DNA of 64,000 nucleotides, from positions 1-64,000 of IMG/VR virus record IMGVR_UViG_3300017751_000011; one strand, written 5' to 3'. The notes beneath the pieces were generated by a model. That model was given only the letters and a program-made list of their open reading frames with translations. It did not search any database and was not told the DNA's origin. Below are positions 15,759 to 25,953 of the stretch, piece after piece (the stretch's first letter is position 1; the number at the start of each line of letters is the position of its first letter). The translations under genes and the position numbers were made by a program. The DNA is from a virus.

Positions 15759-16200
15759 ACTTCTTGACTTTTTCTATGGTCCTTCCCGCGAAGTAAGCTC
15801 CAAACACCGTCAGCATAAGGATCTCAAGTAGATTGATGTAGTTTTCTGGGGGCATGAACTGTGGGTCTAGGCCGTCCCAAATCATCATTATCATATAAAA
15901 AGCCGTCAAGGATATAAGGATCGCAGGACGAATGTACTTAGCTAGTTTCACGTCTGACTTAGCATCAGCCTCCCACCTCCTTGTGACTTGCTCTTGTGCT
16001 TGGGCCTCCATCTCGTTTACGAGGCGGTCAAACTCAAGCTTATCCTGAGCAGACAATTCTGGAGAGCCGTCCACGACGCGCTTTAACACGCCTAGTACGC
16101 CTTGATCTGGCAGGATGTCCCCTACACTGCCAGCGACTTCGGGAAGCTTCTCTCTTAGAAACCTCCCGACTTTCGTGTCTTTAAAGGGCTTATCTGGCAT
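15757..16200 (-). CDS. holin-like membrane protein (GTA-holin 3TM-like, putative)
   Basis: Charged N-terminal half, then RRWEADAKSDVKLAKYIRPAILISLTAFYMIMMIW and a second helix LLEILMLTVFGAYFAG. Last gene of the late arm. Confidence 0.4.
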   Translation of the reverse strand: MPDKPFKDTKVGRFLREKLPEVAGSVGDILPDQGVLGVLKRVVDGSPELSAQDKLEFDRLVNEMEAQAQEQVTRRWEADAKSDVKLAKYIRPAILISLTAFYMIMMIWDGLDPQFMPPENYINLLEILMLTVFGAYFAGRTIEKVKK

Positions 16201-19200
16201 CGTACAGCTCCTGCATGATGTCGAATAAAGCTACTGTGTGTTGCCTGTATCCGTTACGCCCATACTCTTTTGCGCTGTTGTAGTTGTCCGCAACCTTATT
16301 GAGGAGCTCGATCCTTTCCTCGTCGTTTGAATTTTGATACTTACGCGTCTGAATTATTTCAGTAGCCTCCTTGTGCCTAGCCTGACCTGATATCTTCATC
16401 AGCCTGTTTATTTGTTCTGTAGTCAAGTAGATTCTTTCCGCCATAAACTCTTCGTCCTTTATCCAAGTGTAGTTTCTACCCATAGAGCGTACCATTTTTT
16501 TGTCCTTCTTAGAGGTAATATTTGGCACACTGAATTTTCTAGTAGAGGCGTAAGATGGGGTTCCGCACACACCTGTAAACTCTTCAGTGTTTTCATACAA
16601 CCTCCAAATCTCGTTAGATAGAGGGTCTGCGGTCCCCTGCCTAGACTTAGTGATATCGAATAGTTGATACCCTATTCCTGAAGCACCCCTGGGTGTCTGA
16701 CTGATGTCTTCTCCTTTCCAATTTACCCTTACAGGATAGTCGCTCAAGCCAAATGTCCTGTCTTTTATTGTGTAGGCAAATTTACTCGAAAGCCTTTCCC
16801 AGAACTCTTGATCTTTAGAAACTCTTCCGTCTGGAAGGTAGTCCCTGTCAGCCCTGTAAAACGCATTAAGCTGGTTCGGTATTACTGCCGCGCTTCCAGC
16901 CTTAAACATGGTTGTTATCAGGTTCTCAAGGTCTCTTTCTGCGTTGTCTCCAGTAAGAACTTTCATGAACTCATTCAAACCCTGGACAAAGCTTTGCTCC
17001 ATCATGGCCGATATAGCCGACACAGATCCCGCACCAAAGAAGTCAGATATGGTATGAGAAGTAAATTGAATAGGGCTAGAGTACTCTCTTTCCTTTAGCT
17101 CCTCTGAGTCCATAGCCTGAACAGCCGTTGACATAATAGCCCCAAACATTCCTAGCTTGTCATACCTAACAAAGTAGTCGTCTTCTTTGTGGCTTGCATC
17201 TTCTCCTGCAATAAGGCGCCTTAAAGCTGACACGTTTACACTGCTAGGAGGGAAAATGTCGTAAGCCATGTTCTTTTCCTCGTCCTCGTCCCACTTTACT
17301 GGTCCAGACATAATGCCTTCGCTTATCATCATGAGCGCCGCCTCCATGGTTACTGCCCCCATCATCATCTTCGCCAAAGTCTTAGAGCTTTCTTCTACGT
17401 CTCCTTTTCTTAACTCCGAAGCCATACGAGCCGTGCCGATATATGGATTCACCCAAGTAAATGTTTCATAAAGAATATTTGCAGGAGTGGATCGGAACGG
17501 AAGAATAACTCTAAACAGGGCTCTAGAGAACTCATCTCCATTTAATCCCATCGCATTGAGCGGCCTTCCCACCATTCCCTCTAAAGCGCTTACTACTCTG
17601 TTTACATTTTCACTCGCTGAAGTCTCTTCTTGAAACGTCAGCTTTCTTCCTTGCCTTTTTGCACTTTCCAATTCTCTAGCCGTAGGATACTTAAGAAATC
17701 TCTTAAGTGCCTCCCCCTCTAGACCCATAGAAAGAGCAGACTGGTATAAGTCAACCCCTTCTGCAAACCTCCTAAATGGGATATCCCCCAGAGACAACAG
17801 CCTAAACATTGTTTCTGCTGGTATACCCAAGGTCCCCTGAACAAAGAGCTTCATCCTTTGATCTAAACTCCCCTTTCCGTCAGGACCTAAAGGAAGATCA
17901 CCCTTGTATGCCGCTTTTAACGATCTAAGAGGAGCCAGACCCCTGGCTATCCTCCACTCTGAGAGCTCCCTGTCTTGGCCAGTGACTACTTGGTCAGCGG
18001 CTTCAACAAACCCCATTCCAAACTTTCTTACAGCGTACATGTAGGCATTCAAGCTGGGCCTCCTGCTAATCTCTACCTCCTTGCCCATCGCTTGTCCAAC
18101 CTTGACCAAGGCAGCTTCAAAGGGAAGAGAAACAGAGTTAACCGCAACCGAAGCTACAGCGTTAACCATGTTCGCCCCTATATTTACTACTTGAGACATA
18201 GTTGTCAATAGGTTGCCCTGAACAAGCTGCCCAAACAACGTTCCCCATCCTTTGCCCACCATTGAGTTAGTGAACCCCTCTAAATCTCTCTCCGTCTTTT
18301 TTAAGGCGTCAACAGCGGCTTGCAACTCAGCATCTACTTCTTCTCCACCAACTGCCCTTTTTAGAAGATCGTCAGCCTTGGCTTGCTCTACAAAAAGCTT
18401 TTCGGTCAAGGCTTTCAACCTAGCTCCCTGTTCATCAGACAGCTTATTTCCTTGATTTTCTACAGCGGAATTTACTATAGAGTACAACCCAGCAGGAGTC
18501 CCTGACTTAAGCTCCCTGAAGTGCCTAAGTATTCTTCCAGCAGTAGTTCCTATGGCTGCAAGCTCGGCAACCAATGAAGGAATTCTTTCTGTCTCTCCTC
18601 TAGCTATCGCCCTCCTAATCATTTCAGCTCCTGCCAATACTCCCAGGTCGTCGTTCTTTTGAGACAGCCGACCTATTGACTCATCGGTCATAAGGTTAAT
18701 TAGCTCTTGGTCCCCCATGTCTGAAACCTCAGCCTTAAGTTGCTTTAAGTTTTGAGGAGTAATGTAGTTTTCAGGGTTTTGAACTATGTCAGCCCTTGTG
18801 GACCCGTAAAACTTTCTAGACTGTTTCTCTGCGGTCTTTCTAATTTTCTTGCCCTTAGTGTAGCTAGAAATGCTTGCTCTTTCTTGAGCGGTTTGCATGT
18901 TCTCGGCTACAGTAGACTCTTCTAAGGCGACCTTTGATCCTAGGGGCATGGCGTCGTAGGCTGATTCTAAGGCCTCCCTATTAGGGAACTCCATTTGAAG
19001 AACCCTTTCCGCGTATGCTTTAAATCTATTTACGGACTTATCGTACTTAGCCCCACGCATAACTCTTTTTGCCTTACCCTTAGGGGACTCAATTTTACCT
19101 CTTTGTAAGATAGGGTCGTTAAGACTGTAGTATTCAATCTTACCCCTGAGATACACGTTATTGCCGACTACTGTAGCTTCTTCCGCAGACTTGATGGCCC

Positions 19201-22200
19201 TTCCTGCTGCGTCCACAAACAAGTGTTCTCTGAACGGGTTAAACATGGCCTTAACTCCACTATAATCACTATCATCAATGCCTTCTGACTTAAACTGTCC
19301 TTGCACTGCCGCCATAGGGAATTTGTTTTCCTGAAAGGTGACAATCTTTTCTCTAGCTCCTTGGTTTACAGCGAGCTCTACGTTAGTTAAAGTGACGGCC
19401 CCAGAGTACCTCAGAGCTTTTCCAGTTGCTGACTTGTCGTGAACGGTTTGCACAGGGACACCTGTATTCTTCTTTACGTTTAAGTTGAGCCTGACGGCTA
19501 TTTTTTGACCGACTTCTACTTTGTTTTTTTCCTCTATAATTCTTATAGACGTTTTATCTGTAGCCAAAGCCTCGTCTACCATCCTGTCGGTCATGACAGA
19601 GCCTCCCTTAACTGAGGCCGCCTCTTTAACTTCTCTGTCTTTAAACAACGGTGAGTCAGAAGATTCGACTACTTGATCAGACTCTCCTGGGTCAATAGGG
19701 TCAAACAGCATGGCCGCCCTCTCTGAACTAATTCCTGAGGAGTTATTAATAGCCTTTATGCTGTTCTTTCCTTCACTTTCTAGGTCGAGGTTTTTAAGGT
19801 CAAACGCATCTACATCAGATAGAACTTGATCTGTCAAGTCTGCGTAAGACTCATACCCAAGCTCTCCATCTGCCATATACCCCATCTCTTCCTGCATAAC
19901 CTCCCAAATGGACTGCTGAACGTGGTACGCAGTCCATTTCTTTTCCCCCCTTCCTCTACCTTCATTAAGAAGCTTTACTGCACTTTTAATGGATTCTTTA
20001 CTAAGGGTGTCATTGACTTTAAGATCGCCGTAGATACTTTCTCTACCCATGAGTCTCCACAGGGCTTTTGATAGCCTCCGATTCTCTGAAACCCCATCAA
20101 ATATCTTTCTCCCCGCTTTCATGGCAGCGATAGCTCTGGCAGCTTTGTTTTTAAATGCGTAATCGGATTCGGAGAGGCCTACCTCGTTTTTAAGGTAGTT
20201 GTCAATAGCCTCTTCTGTTATACCCAGCTCCTCTACAAGAGCTTCAGCCCCCTTTACAGCTTCTGGATTTACAAATGTCTCTCCAGTAAGAGGCGTGAAG
20301 TTGCCTTGGAAAACGTGAAAGAACTTACGTACCCAATTTTCTTTATGCAAGTAAGCCCTCTCCCCCTTGCCCATCAGTCCAGCGGCGTGTTCACCCGTCT
20401 TTTCTGCGTCACTACTACCCATGATGAACCTAGACTGGATGGCATCTTTACCTGACTTCTTCCTAGAGTACCTTTTAGCCATAGCCTTAGAGTTAAAATT
20501 GACCCCGTCCCAATATTTGTTTGCGTCAGATAGAATATTCTGTATGGAAGTGACTACAGCACCTACTCTCTGTTGGTTTACATCATCCTTTTTTACTATA
20601 AATTCTGTATTGCTTTCACGTAAGGCTTTATAGACAGACTCGGAAACGGCTTCAGAAGGCTTTTTACCTTTTGCGATACCCGTCAAGTACGAGCGATAAA
20701 CAACAAGGGCTACCCTAAGGTTAGCTTCTGCTTTAGCCCCGTTAGATGTTGTAGCGAGAATAGCGGCGAATACACCAAAGTGGTCCCTATGGTTCTCAGG
20801 GATCATCTCCGCTGGCAAAGAGGACTCTATGAAGTCTGACACTTTGTCAAATGACTCCTTTACTTCCCCGTCTATCTCTCTAATGTCTTTTCCGTTTCTC
20901 TTTACTCTTGTTCCGTTGTGATATATTATTAGCGGAACAATATCAGAGGCTATGCTTAAGGGTTTTCTTTCTCCGTCAGAAACCATTGGAGCCATAGCGT
21001 TAAATACCGTATTTAGATTTCCGCCTCCTTTTGTTATTGCACAATCAAATGCAACTCCACCGCAAATTTTTCTTTTAGAAGCCTCTAAAATCTTATCTCT
21101 TTTTTCCTGCTGGTTTATACCCTGGTCTCTAGCAATATCCATAGGCTCCATAGAAGCCCTTTCGGTAGCTATGTCGTCACCATCCTCTTTTTTTCTTAAC
21201 CCAAAGTGCTCTTCGATCGCCATCCTGAGCTTAGAAAGAACCTCTGGATCTGTGTATTTTGAAACCTCGAAAGAAGTCTCTCCTCCTACAGGAGGGGAAT
21301 ATATGTTTTCCTTACCTTCCTTAGAAGCTATAAACTCTGCGCCAAATAACTCTATTGCAATCTTATCTAGTAACTTTTGCTTTCCGTCGTTGGACCTTTC
21401 TTCAATGCTCATGTTTTCATAGAGCAGAGTGTTTATGAGGGTGCTTTCTTTATTTCTGTTTCTGTTTCTTTCTTCTGCTATTTGTGTCGGAGTCCTTTTT
21501 GTCGCAGGCGGCTTCATGTTCCACTTAAGCATGACGTCAACATTCAGGGCGTAGTCCTTACCGTCAATCGTAACAGAGAAAGACCCAAAGGGAAGCTTTC
21601 CCATTCTTGTGGCTCTTTTCCACCAGTTTATAAAATGCCACTTTCCGTTAAACTCTTGAGTTTTTATAACCGTTCCTACCTGAATTCCCACGGTCTCTTT
21701 GCTCCCATATGTTGGGGCGGAATACATAACTTCAAACTTTCCGTTTTCTGGAAGCTTTGACACAGACATAGGTCTCTTTGAAGAGTAAGAAGCCCTTTCA
21801 GCTGTTTTTCCTACTGTAGGCCCTACAGAAACTCCTACACCAGACTTATGTACTTGAGACATGGCTCCCAGAAGCTGTTCTGCGCTAGATACGTCTGTAA
21901 TAACGTAATCCTTAGGGGCGCCAATCGTCTTGAACATATTGTTCATCAGCACTCTGACCTTGTCAAAGAAGGTGTCTTTTGCCTTTTGGTCAACCCCCTC
22001 CCAAACATCAGCAAGTTCTGAGGTAATCTCAAAGACCGACTCTTCAAATATTATTGCGTCTGCCTCCTCTTGAGTAAACCTTCTGTTGCCCTTTTTATCA
22101 GTGCTGTCATACAACTTTCTATATGCTTCCTCTTTTGCTGCTACTTTCTGCTGTATGTTTTTGTTAGGGTGTAACTTAGCCAGCGCTTTTAGGTCGGACA

Positions 22201-25200
22201 GGAGTTTAAGGGCAGAAGCTTTATCTTTCTTAAACAGCAAGTTTAAGTGAGGACCAATCATAGCGTGTTGAACCTCTTCAAGCATAACAGACTCAAAAGA
22301 TTTATCACTATTTGCCGCCTTCCTTGTAATCAAAGCAGGGTTGACGTGGATCACAATGCCCCCATTGTTGTAAGAGACGTAGTACCCGTTTATCTCGTTT
22401 TTGCCGACTCCGTCAGCCCTGTTACCTGACTCTTCTGTGTTATGTACCCTAATGGTTACTGGCCTCCCTTGAGCACCAAGATTCATTATTGTTCTACTCA
22501 ACTTGCCGTTGATAAACCTGGCCATCCTTTTCGTCAAAGGTCCCCTAGGTAGCACCGAAGTAGTCCCGTCCTTGTTGGCCGAGTAGTCTGAGAACTGCCC
22601 GTTTATACCTCTTTCGTCTGACTTAGACTCCTCCTCTGGGGCCTCCTCTACTTCCTGCTCTGTCTCTACTTCCTGCTCTACTTCCTGCTCTACTTCCGCT
22701 TCTTGGCTAACCTTAGATTCACTTATAGCTTTAGCCTCCGCCGCTTCATAAGAGTCAAACATTACCCCCTCCCCTACTTTGCCTTCTCCTTTTACAAAGA
22801 AGACAACATCAGGTTTGCTTTTAAGTGGAGAATTTTCTGCGTCCCAACCTTCTTTGGCATACTCCTCATTAAATGGCGTCCTAGACACGGGCTTAAATCC
22901 GTTTTTTACATAAATGTCCTCAAGCTTTGTGGCATACGCATCGAAGTAAGTTCCTCCCTCTTTAATTCTTCTGGACTGCATCGCCGCAGAAACACCTTTC
23001 TGCTTAGAATCAGGAGACTTAAAAAGGCCTCCCATGTATCCATCTCCCTTCAGGTAAGATCCCGACAGGCCATCGCTTGACAGGTACAGCTTACCCCCGT
23101 TAGCAACTATCTCTCTTGCTGTTTCTATCGACACAGGGTCAACCTGCATAAATAAGTTTTTGCCCGTCTCTTGGTCCCTTTTTCTAGCCTCGTCAAAAGC
23201 TTTTACATACTCTTCAGGAGTTGTAGTCGTGATACCGTCTTCTTCTTGTTCAATGTCGTCTTCAGTCGTCACTTCAGCTTCCACTTCAGCCTCAAACCCT
23301 TTAATCCCCATGTAGTTAAGCAGCTCTTGCTCCGCTCTTTTTACTTTTTCATTGGCTGCTTTTAGTCTGTTCTTGTTTTTCTGAGTGTCACTAGCAGAAG
23401 CCTTTTCTTTCGCTTTCTCGGACTCATTAATCAACCCCTGCACTTCTCCGACGAGACGCATAGATTCATCTCTAGTCTGCTTAGACTCTTCGTATTTAGA
23501 CTTAGACAGCCTAAGGGCATCTGGGTCAGATGATTTAGTATTGGAAGCGGCTTCGTGGTCGTCTAGGGCCTGCCTACGAGCCTTGACTTCATCATTCATC
23601 TCCCCCATCCTCTTGGAAATGTTAGCCCTGTTTACCGTTTGAGTCTCTTCTTCCGTAAGGGTCAGAGATTCATCCTTGAAGGAGTTAAACAAAGTACTTC
23701 TCTGCTCAACTACTTGCTTAAACTCTTGGCTCATCTTGTCAAGGGCGGCCTGGTCTTCTTCAGTAACAGCTTCTCCTTCTGAGTACTTGGAGTAGATGGC
23801 TTCAGCTTTTTTGGACATAGAGGCTAAAGACGCATCCATCTTAGCAAGCTTTCCGAAAGCAGATTCGTGCCTGAGCCTAATAACTTGATATAAGGCCTGA
23901 TTTTTTGATCTGTGCTTAGAGACCTCTCCAGAAGTCTTTCCGTAAGACTCCCTACTCTCTCCAGACATAACTGGCTCAGAGCCCTCTACCTCTACTTCAG
24001 AAGAGCTTGGATCTGCCACTGAGTTTACAGCAGCTTGAGGCCCAGTAACAACATCGGAGGGAACTCCAAGTATAGCTCTTCCTGACCTTACCCCTCCGAT
24101 CGGAGATCCCGCAGCTCCAAGAAACCCAGTTCCTACAGCTCCCGCTACAAATGCGTCATAAGCTTCAGCAAGGCCTTCGTTAAGGCTTTGAGTACTATTA
24201 CCCATCTTCGTCTCCATGACGTGCTGAGCGAAGCTCTCTACAAATTCCTGAGTTCCCTCTCCAAGGGCGTCTATTCCCTGCCCAACTAAGTAGGCACTCA
24301 TGGCCTTCTTGGTGGTAACCTTGGATAGGTCTCCAGAAAAAATCTTTCTTACAGCAGAGTTGGTAAGACTTGTCCCTGCCTTTCCAATAACCCTTTGCCC
24401 TACACCAGCCATAATAGCACCGCTTCCAGCCTGTATAGAGCCTATACCCAAAGACATGGCCATCCGCTGAGCATTAGCCCCTAAAGAAAAAGGGTCGAAT
24501 ATAGGAGCAAGCCCTTTTTGGACTCTGTTAAAGTCCTCCCTTTCGCTATCGATGTAGGTGTTTAGAGTACCTAACGTTCCAAATACGACTGGAGCAGCAC
24601 CGCCAGACACTGCGCCAACAGCCAAATAAGGCAGAACTGCGCCACCTTCTTGGCTTGCTCTTGCGAGGTCGTGACCCAAATGATTTAGAGTTCCTAAAAC
24701 ACCATCCGCATCGATGCCCTCCCCTTTACTGAAGTAATCGTGATCTTGATAATCACGAGTCTCCATGTTCGACGCCATGTCCTCAATAGTCTGATCGACA
24801 AACCTAGTAAAGGCAGCTGTGTCTTCTTCACCAAAAAGCCCTGCACCCATACCTGCTAGTGCAGAGATAGGCCCGCTAAGCATCTGAGCGGCAGCTGATC
24901 CAGCAGAATTGATAAAACTGCTTATAATACCTACGTCTTCATTGTATACGTTGTCTCCATCTAGGTTGATTCTAAGCCCACCTTTGGTCAGGTCATATAC
25001 CTCTTCTGAAAGCTCTTCTAAGTAATCAGCATCCTCTCTCTCTTCATCTGAAAGACCCTCAAGAATTTCTTCTTTGTAGTCGTTCATTTTATCGCGCATG
25101 AAATCGGAAGAGTTCAGCATGAACAGCCTATTGAACTCCTGCTCAAACATGGCCTTAGTATACTCTCCGCTTTTTAGCTTCTCCTGCATGTCCAGGATTT

Positions 25201-25903
25201 GCTGCTTGTACTCGGAGTTGTTCTTCATCATCTGCTCATGAGATGACGCATAGTCTTTCTTTATTTGCCCAGAGTAATGAGAAGATATGGACTGTACCCT
25301 TGCCCTTTTTTGGGCGGCCATTTCTTTGTCTTCATCGACAGTAAAGTACTTCTTATTCTGTTCTTCTTTAAACTTAGAGTCGTAGAACTTGGCGTATTCT
25401 GATCGTGCGAGACCGATCTTTTCTTTATTGCCTTCATTAAGGCCGTCCCCAAAGACGTCTTCCCTTGTTACGCCGTTTCCAAGCTTGCCCTTTCCAATCG
25501 CCCAGTCAACAGCGTCTTTTGTGTATGCGGCCTCCATCTCCGACTTATCGAACATGTTTACATCCTCGTGCGCACCCGTGTTAAGACTGTAGCTTCTCCA
25601 CTGCTGAATTTCGGGCTTAAGACTGCTTGACTGCAGTGTTGGATTTAGAATGGTATTCTCTTTGACCTCACTCTTTTCTGACTCTTCTGAAGACAACGCT
25701 GACGCTCCACCCGAAGATGTTGAACGCATAAATTCTCCCGTTGCCACCACCTCTTTTTTTTTTGACTCAAGGCCAACCAAGGATCTAGCTTCGCTTGGCT
25801 GTAGTGCATATTTAGAATTATACGTTAAAACATTAGCGATGTACTCGTCAGACTTTCCGCGAGACCTCATACTTGCTATTATCTTTTGATAATCCTGTTC
25901 CAT
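16190..25903 (-). CDS. giant virion protein (3237 aa), putative polyvalent internal or ejection protein
   Basis: Single uninterrupted 9.7-kb ORF. It has Gly/Ala-rich hydrophobic stretches, long charged coiled-coil-like segments and an acidic EQEV repeat. It sits where podovirus-like gene orders place internal core proteins. Confidence 0.8.
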   Translation of the reverse strand: MEQDYQKIIASMRSRGKSDEYIANVLTYNSKYALQPSEARSLVGLESKKKEVVATGEFMRSTSSGGASALSSEESEKSEVKENTILNPTLQSSSLKPEIQQWRSYSLNTGAHEDVNMFDKSEMEAAYTKDAVDWAIGKGKLGNGVTREDVFGDGLNEGNKEKIGLARSEYAKFYDSKFKEEQNKKYFTVDEDKEMAAQKRARVQSISSHYSGQIKKDYASSHEQMMKNNSEYKQQILDMQEKLKSGEYTKAMFEQEFNRLFMLNSSDFMRDKMNDYKEEILEGLSDEEREDADYLEELSEEVYDLTKGGLRINLDGDNVYNEDVGIISSFINSAGSAAAQMLSGPISALAGMGAGLFGEEDTAAFTRFVDQTIEDMASNMETRDYQDHDYFSKGEGIDADGVLGTLNHLGHDLARASQEGGAVLPYLAVGAVSGGAAPVVFGTLGTLNTYIDSEREDFNRVQKGLAPIFDPFSLGANAQRMAMSLGIGSIQAGSGAIMAGVGQRVIGKAGTSLTNSAVRKIFSGDLSKVTTKKAMSAYLVGQGIDALGEGTQEFVESFAQHVMETKMGNSTQSLNEGLAEAYDAFVAGAVGTGFLGAAGSPIGGVRSGRAILGVPSDVVTGPQAAVNSVADPSSSEVEVEGSEPVMSGESRESYGKTSGEVSKHRSKNQALYQVIRLRHESAFGKLAKMDASLASMSKKAEAIYSKYSEGEAVTEEDQAALDKMSQEFKQVVEQRSTLFNSFKDESLTLTEEETQTVNRANISKRMGEMNDEVKARRQALDDHEAASNTKSSDPDALRLSKSKYEESKQTRDESMRLVGEVQGLINESEKAKEKASASDTQKNKNRLKAANEKVKRAEQELLNYMGIKGFEAEVEAEVTTEDDIEQEEDGITTTTPEEYVKAFDEARKRDQETGKNLFMQVDPVSIETAREIVANGGKLYLSSDGLSGSYLKGDGYMGGLFKSPDSKQKGVSAAMQSRRIKEGGTYFDAYATKLEDIYVKNGFKPVSRTPFNEEYAKEGWDAENSPLKSKPDVVFFVKGEGKVGEGVMFDSYEAAEAKAISESKVSQEAEVEQEVEQEVETEQEVEEAPEEESKSDERGINGQFSDYSANKDGTTSVLPRGPLTKRMARFINGKLSRTIMNLGAQGRPVTIRVHNTEESGNRADGVGKNEINGYYVSYNNGGIVIHVNPALITRKAANSDKSFESVMLEEVQHAMIGPHLNLLFKKDKASALKLLSDLKALAKLHPNKNIQQKVAAKEEAYRKLYDSTDKKGNRRFTQEEADAIIFEESVFEITSELADVWEGVDQKAKDTFFDKVRVLMNNMFKTIGAPKDYVITDVSSAEQLLGAMSQVHKSGVGVSVGPTVGKTAERASYSSKRPMSVSKLPENGKFEVMYSAPTYGSKETVGIQVGTVIKTQEFNGKWHFINWWKRATRMGKLPFGSFSVTIDGKDYALNVDVMLKWNMKPPATKRTPTQIAEERNRNRNKESTLINTLLYENMSIEERSNDGKQKLLDKIAIELFGAEFIASKEGKENIYSPPVGGETSFEVSKYTDPEVLSKLRMAIEEHFGLRKKEDGDDIATERASMEPMDIARDQGINQQEKRDKILEASKRKICGGVAFDCAITKGGGNLNTVFNAMAPMVSDGERKPLSIASDIVPLIIYHNGTRVKRNGKDIREIDGEVKESFDKVSDFIESSLPAEMIPENHRDHFGVFAAILATTSNGAKAEANLRVALVVYRSYLTGIAKGKKPSEAVSESVYKALRESNTEFIVKKDDVNQQRVGAVVTSIQNILSDANKYWDGVNFNSKAMAKRYSRKKSGKDAIQSRFIMGSSDAEKTGEHAAGLMGKGERAYLHKENWVRKFFHVFQGNFTPLTGETFVNPEAVKGAEALVEELGITEEAIDNYLKNEVGLSESDYAFKNKAARAIAAMKAGRKIFDGVSENRRLSKALWRLMGRESIYGDLKVNDTLSKESIKSAVKLLNEGRGRGEKKWTAYHVQQSIWEVMQEEMGYMADGELGYESYADLTDQVLSDVDAFDLKNLDLESEGKNSIKAINNSSGISSERAAMLFDPIDPGESDQVVESSDSPLFKDREVKEAASVKGGSVMTDRMVDEALATDKTSIRIIEEKNKVEVGQKIAVRLNLNVKKNTGVPVQTVHDKSATGKALRYSGAVTLTNVELAVNQGAREKIVTFQENKFPMAAVQGQFKSEGIDDSDYSGVKAMFNPFREHLFVDAAGRAIKSAEEATVVGNNVYLRGKIEYYSLNDPILQRGKIESPKGKAKRVMRGAKYDKSVNRFKAYAERVLQMEFPNREALESAYDAMPLGSKVALEESTVAENMQTAQERASISSYTKGKKIRKTAEKQSRKFYGSTRADIVQNPENYITPQNLKQLKAEVSDMGDQELINLMTDESIGRLSQKNDDLGVLAGAEMIRRAIARGETERIPSLVAELAAIGTTAGRILRHFRELKSGTPAGLYSIVNSAVENQGNKLSDEQGARLKALTEKLFVEQAKADDLLKRAVGGEEVDAELQAAVDALKKTERDLEGFTNSMVGKGWGTLFGQLVQGNLLTTMSQVVNIGANMVNAVASVAVNSVSLPFEAALVKVGQAMGKEVEISRRPSLNAYMYAVRKFGMGFVEAADQVVTGQDRELSEWRIARGLAPLRSLKAAYKGDLPLGPDGKGSLDQRMKLFVQGTLGIPAETMFRLLSLGDIPFRRFAEGVDLYQSALSMGLEGEALKRFLKYPTARELESAKRQGRKLTFQEETSASENVNRVVSALEGMVGRPLNAMGLNGDEFSRALFRVILPFRSTPANILYETFTWVNPYIGTARMASELRKGDVEESSKTLAKMMMGAVTMEAALMMISEGIMSGPVKWDEDEEKNMAYDIFPPSSVNVSALRRLIAGEDASHKEDDYFVRYDKLGMFGAIMSTAVQAMDSEELKEREYSSPIQFTSHTISDFFGAGSVSAISAMMEQSFVQGLNEFMKVLTGDNAERDLENLITTMFKAGSAAVIPNQLNAFYRADRDYLPDGRVSKDQEFWERLSSKFAYTIKDRTFGLSDYPVRVNWKGEDISQTPRGASGIGYQLFDITKSRQGTADPLSNEIWRLYENTEEFTGVCGTPSYASTRKFSVPNITSKKDKKMVRSMGRNYTWIKDEEFMAERIYLTTEQINRLMKISGQARHKEATEIIQTRKYQNSNDEERIELLNKVADNYNSAKEYGRNGYRQHTVALFDIMQELYDAR

Positions 25904-25922
25904 TGCCTTCAGCTTATAAAGG

Positions 25923-25930
25923 CAAAGATA
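25923..25930 (-). promoter_or_regulatory. -7 box TATCTTTG upstream of the giant ORF
   Basis: Exact copy of the early-promoter -7 octamer on the minus strand, 19 nt upstream of the ATG at 25903. No clear -33 TTTG. Confidence 0.45.
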
Positions 25931-25953
25931 ATCAAATTAACCAGGCTGGGCTT

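Noticed and set aside
20952-21760. Plus-strand ORFs of 156 and 127 aa inside the giant gene
   Set aside because: Antisense to a continuous 9.7-kb ORF, with Ser/Phe/Leu-rich composition typical of antisense frames.
22257-22295. MLEEVQHAMIGPH as a zinc metalloprotease motif in the giant ORF
   Set aside because: It is not a canonical HExxH or HxxEH arrangement, so I did not call it on this evidence alone.
16190-25903. The giant ORF as an N4-like virion RNA polymerase
   Set aside because: I could not find T7-like RNA polymerase motifs (motif A D..., motif B Rx3Kx6-7YG, motif C HD-type) in order. The early genes also carry host sigma-A-type promoters, which removes the need for an injected polymerase. 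Profile searches are still worthwhile.
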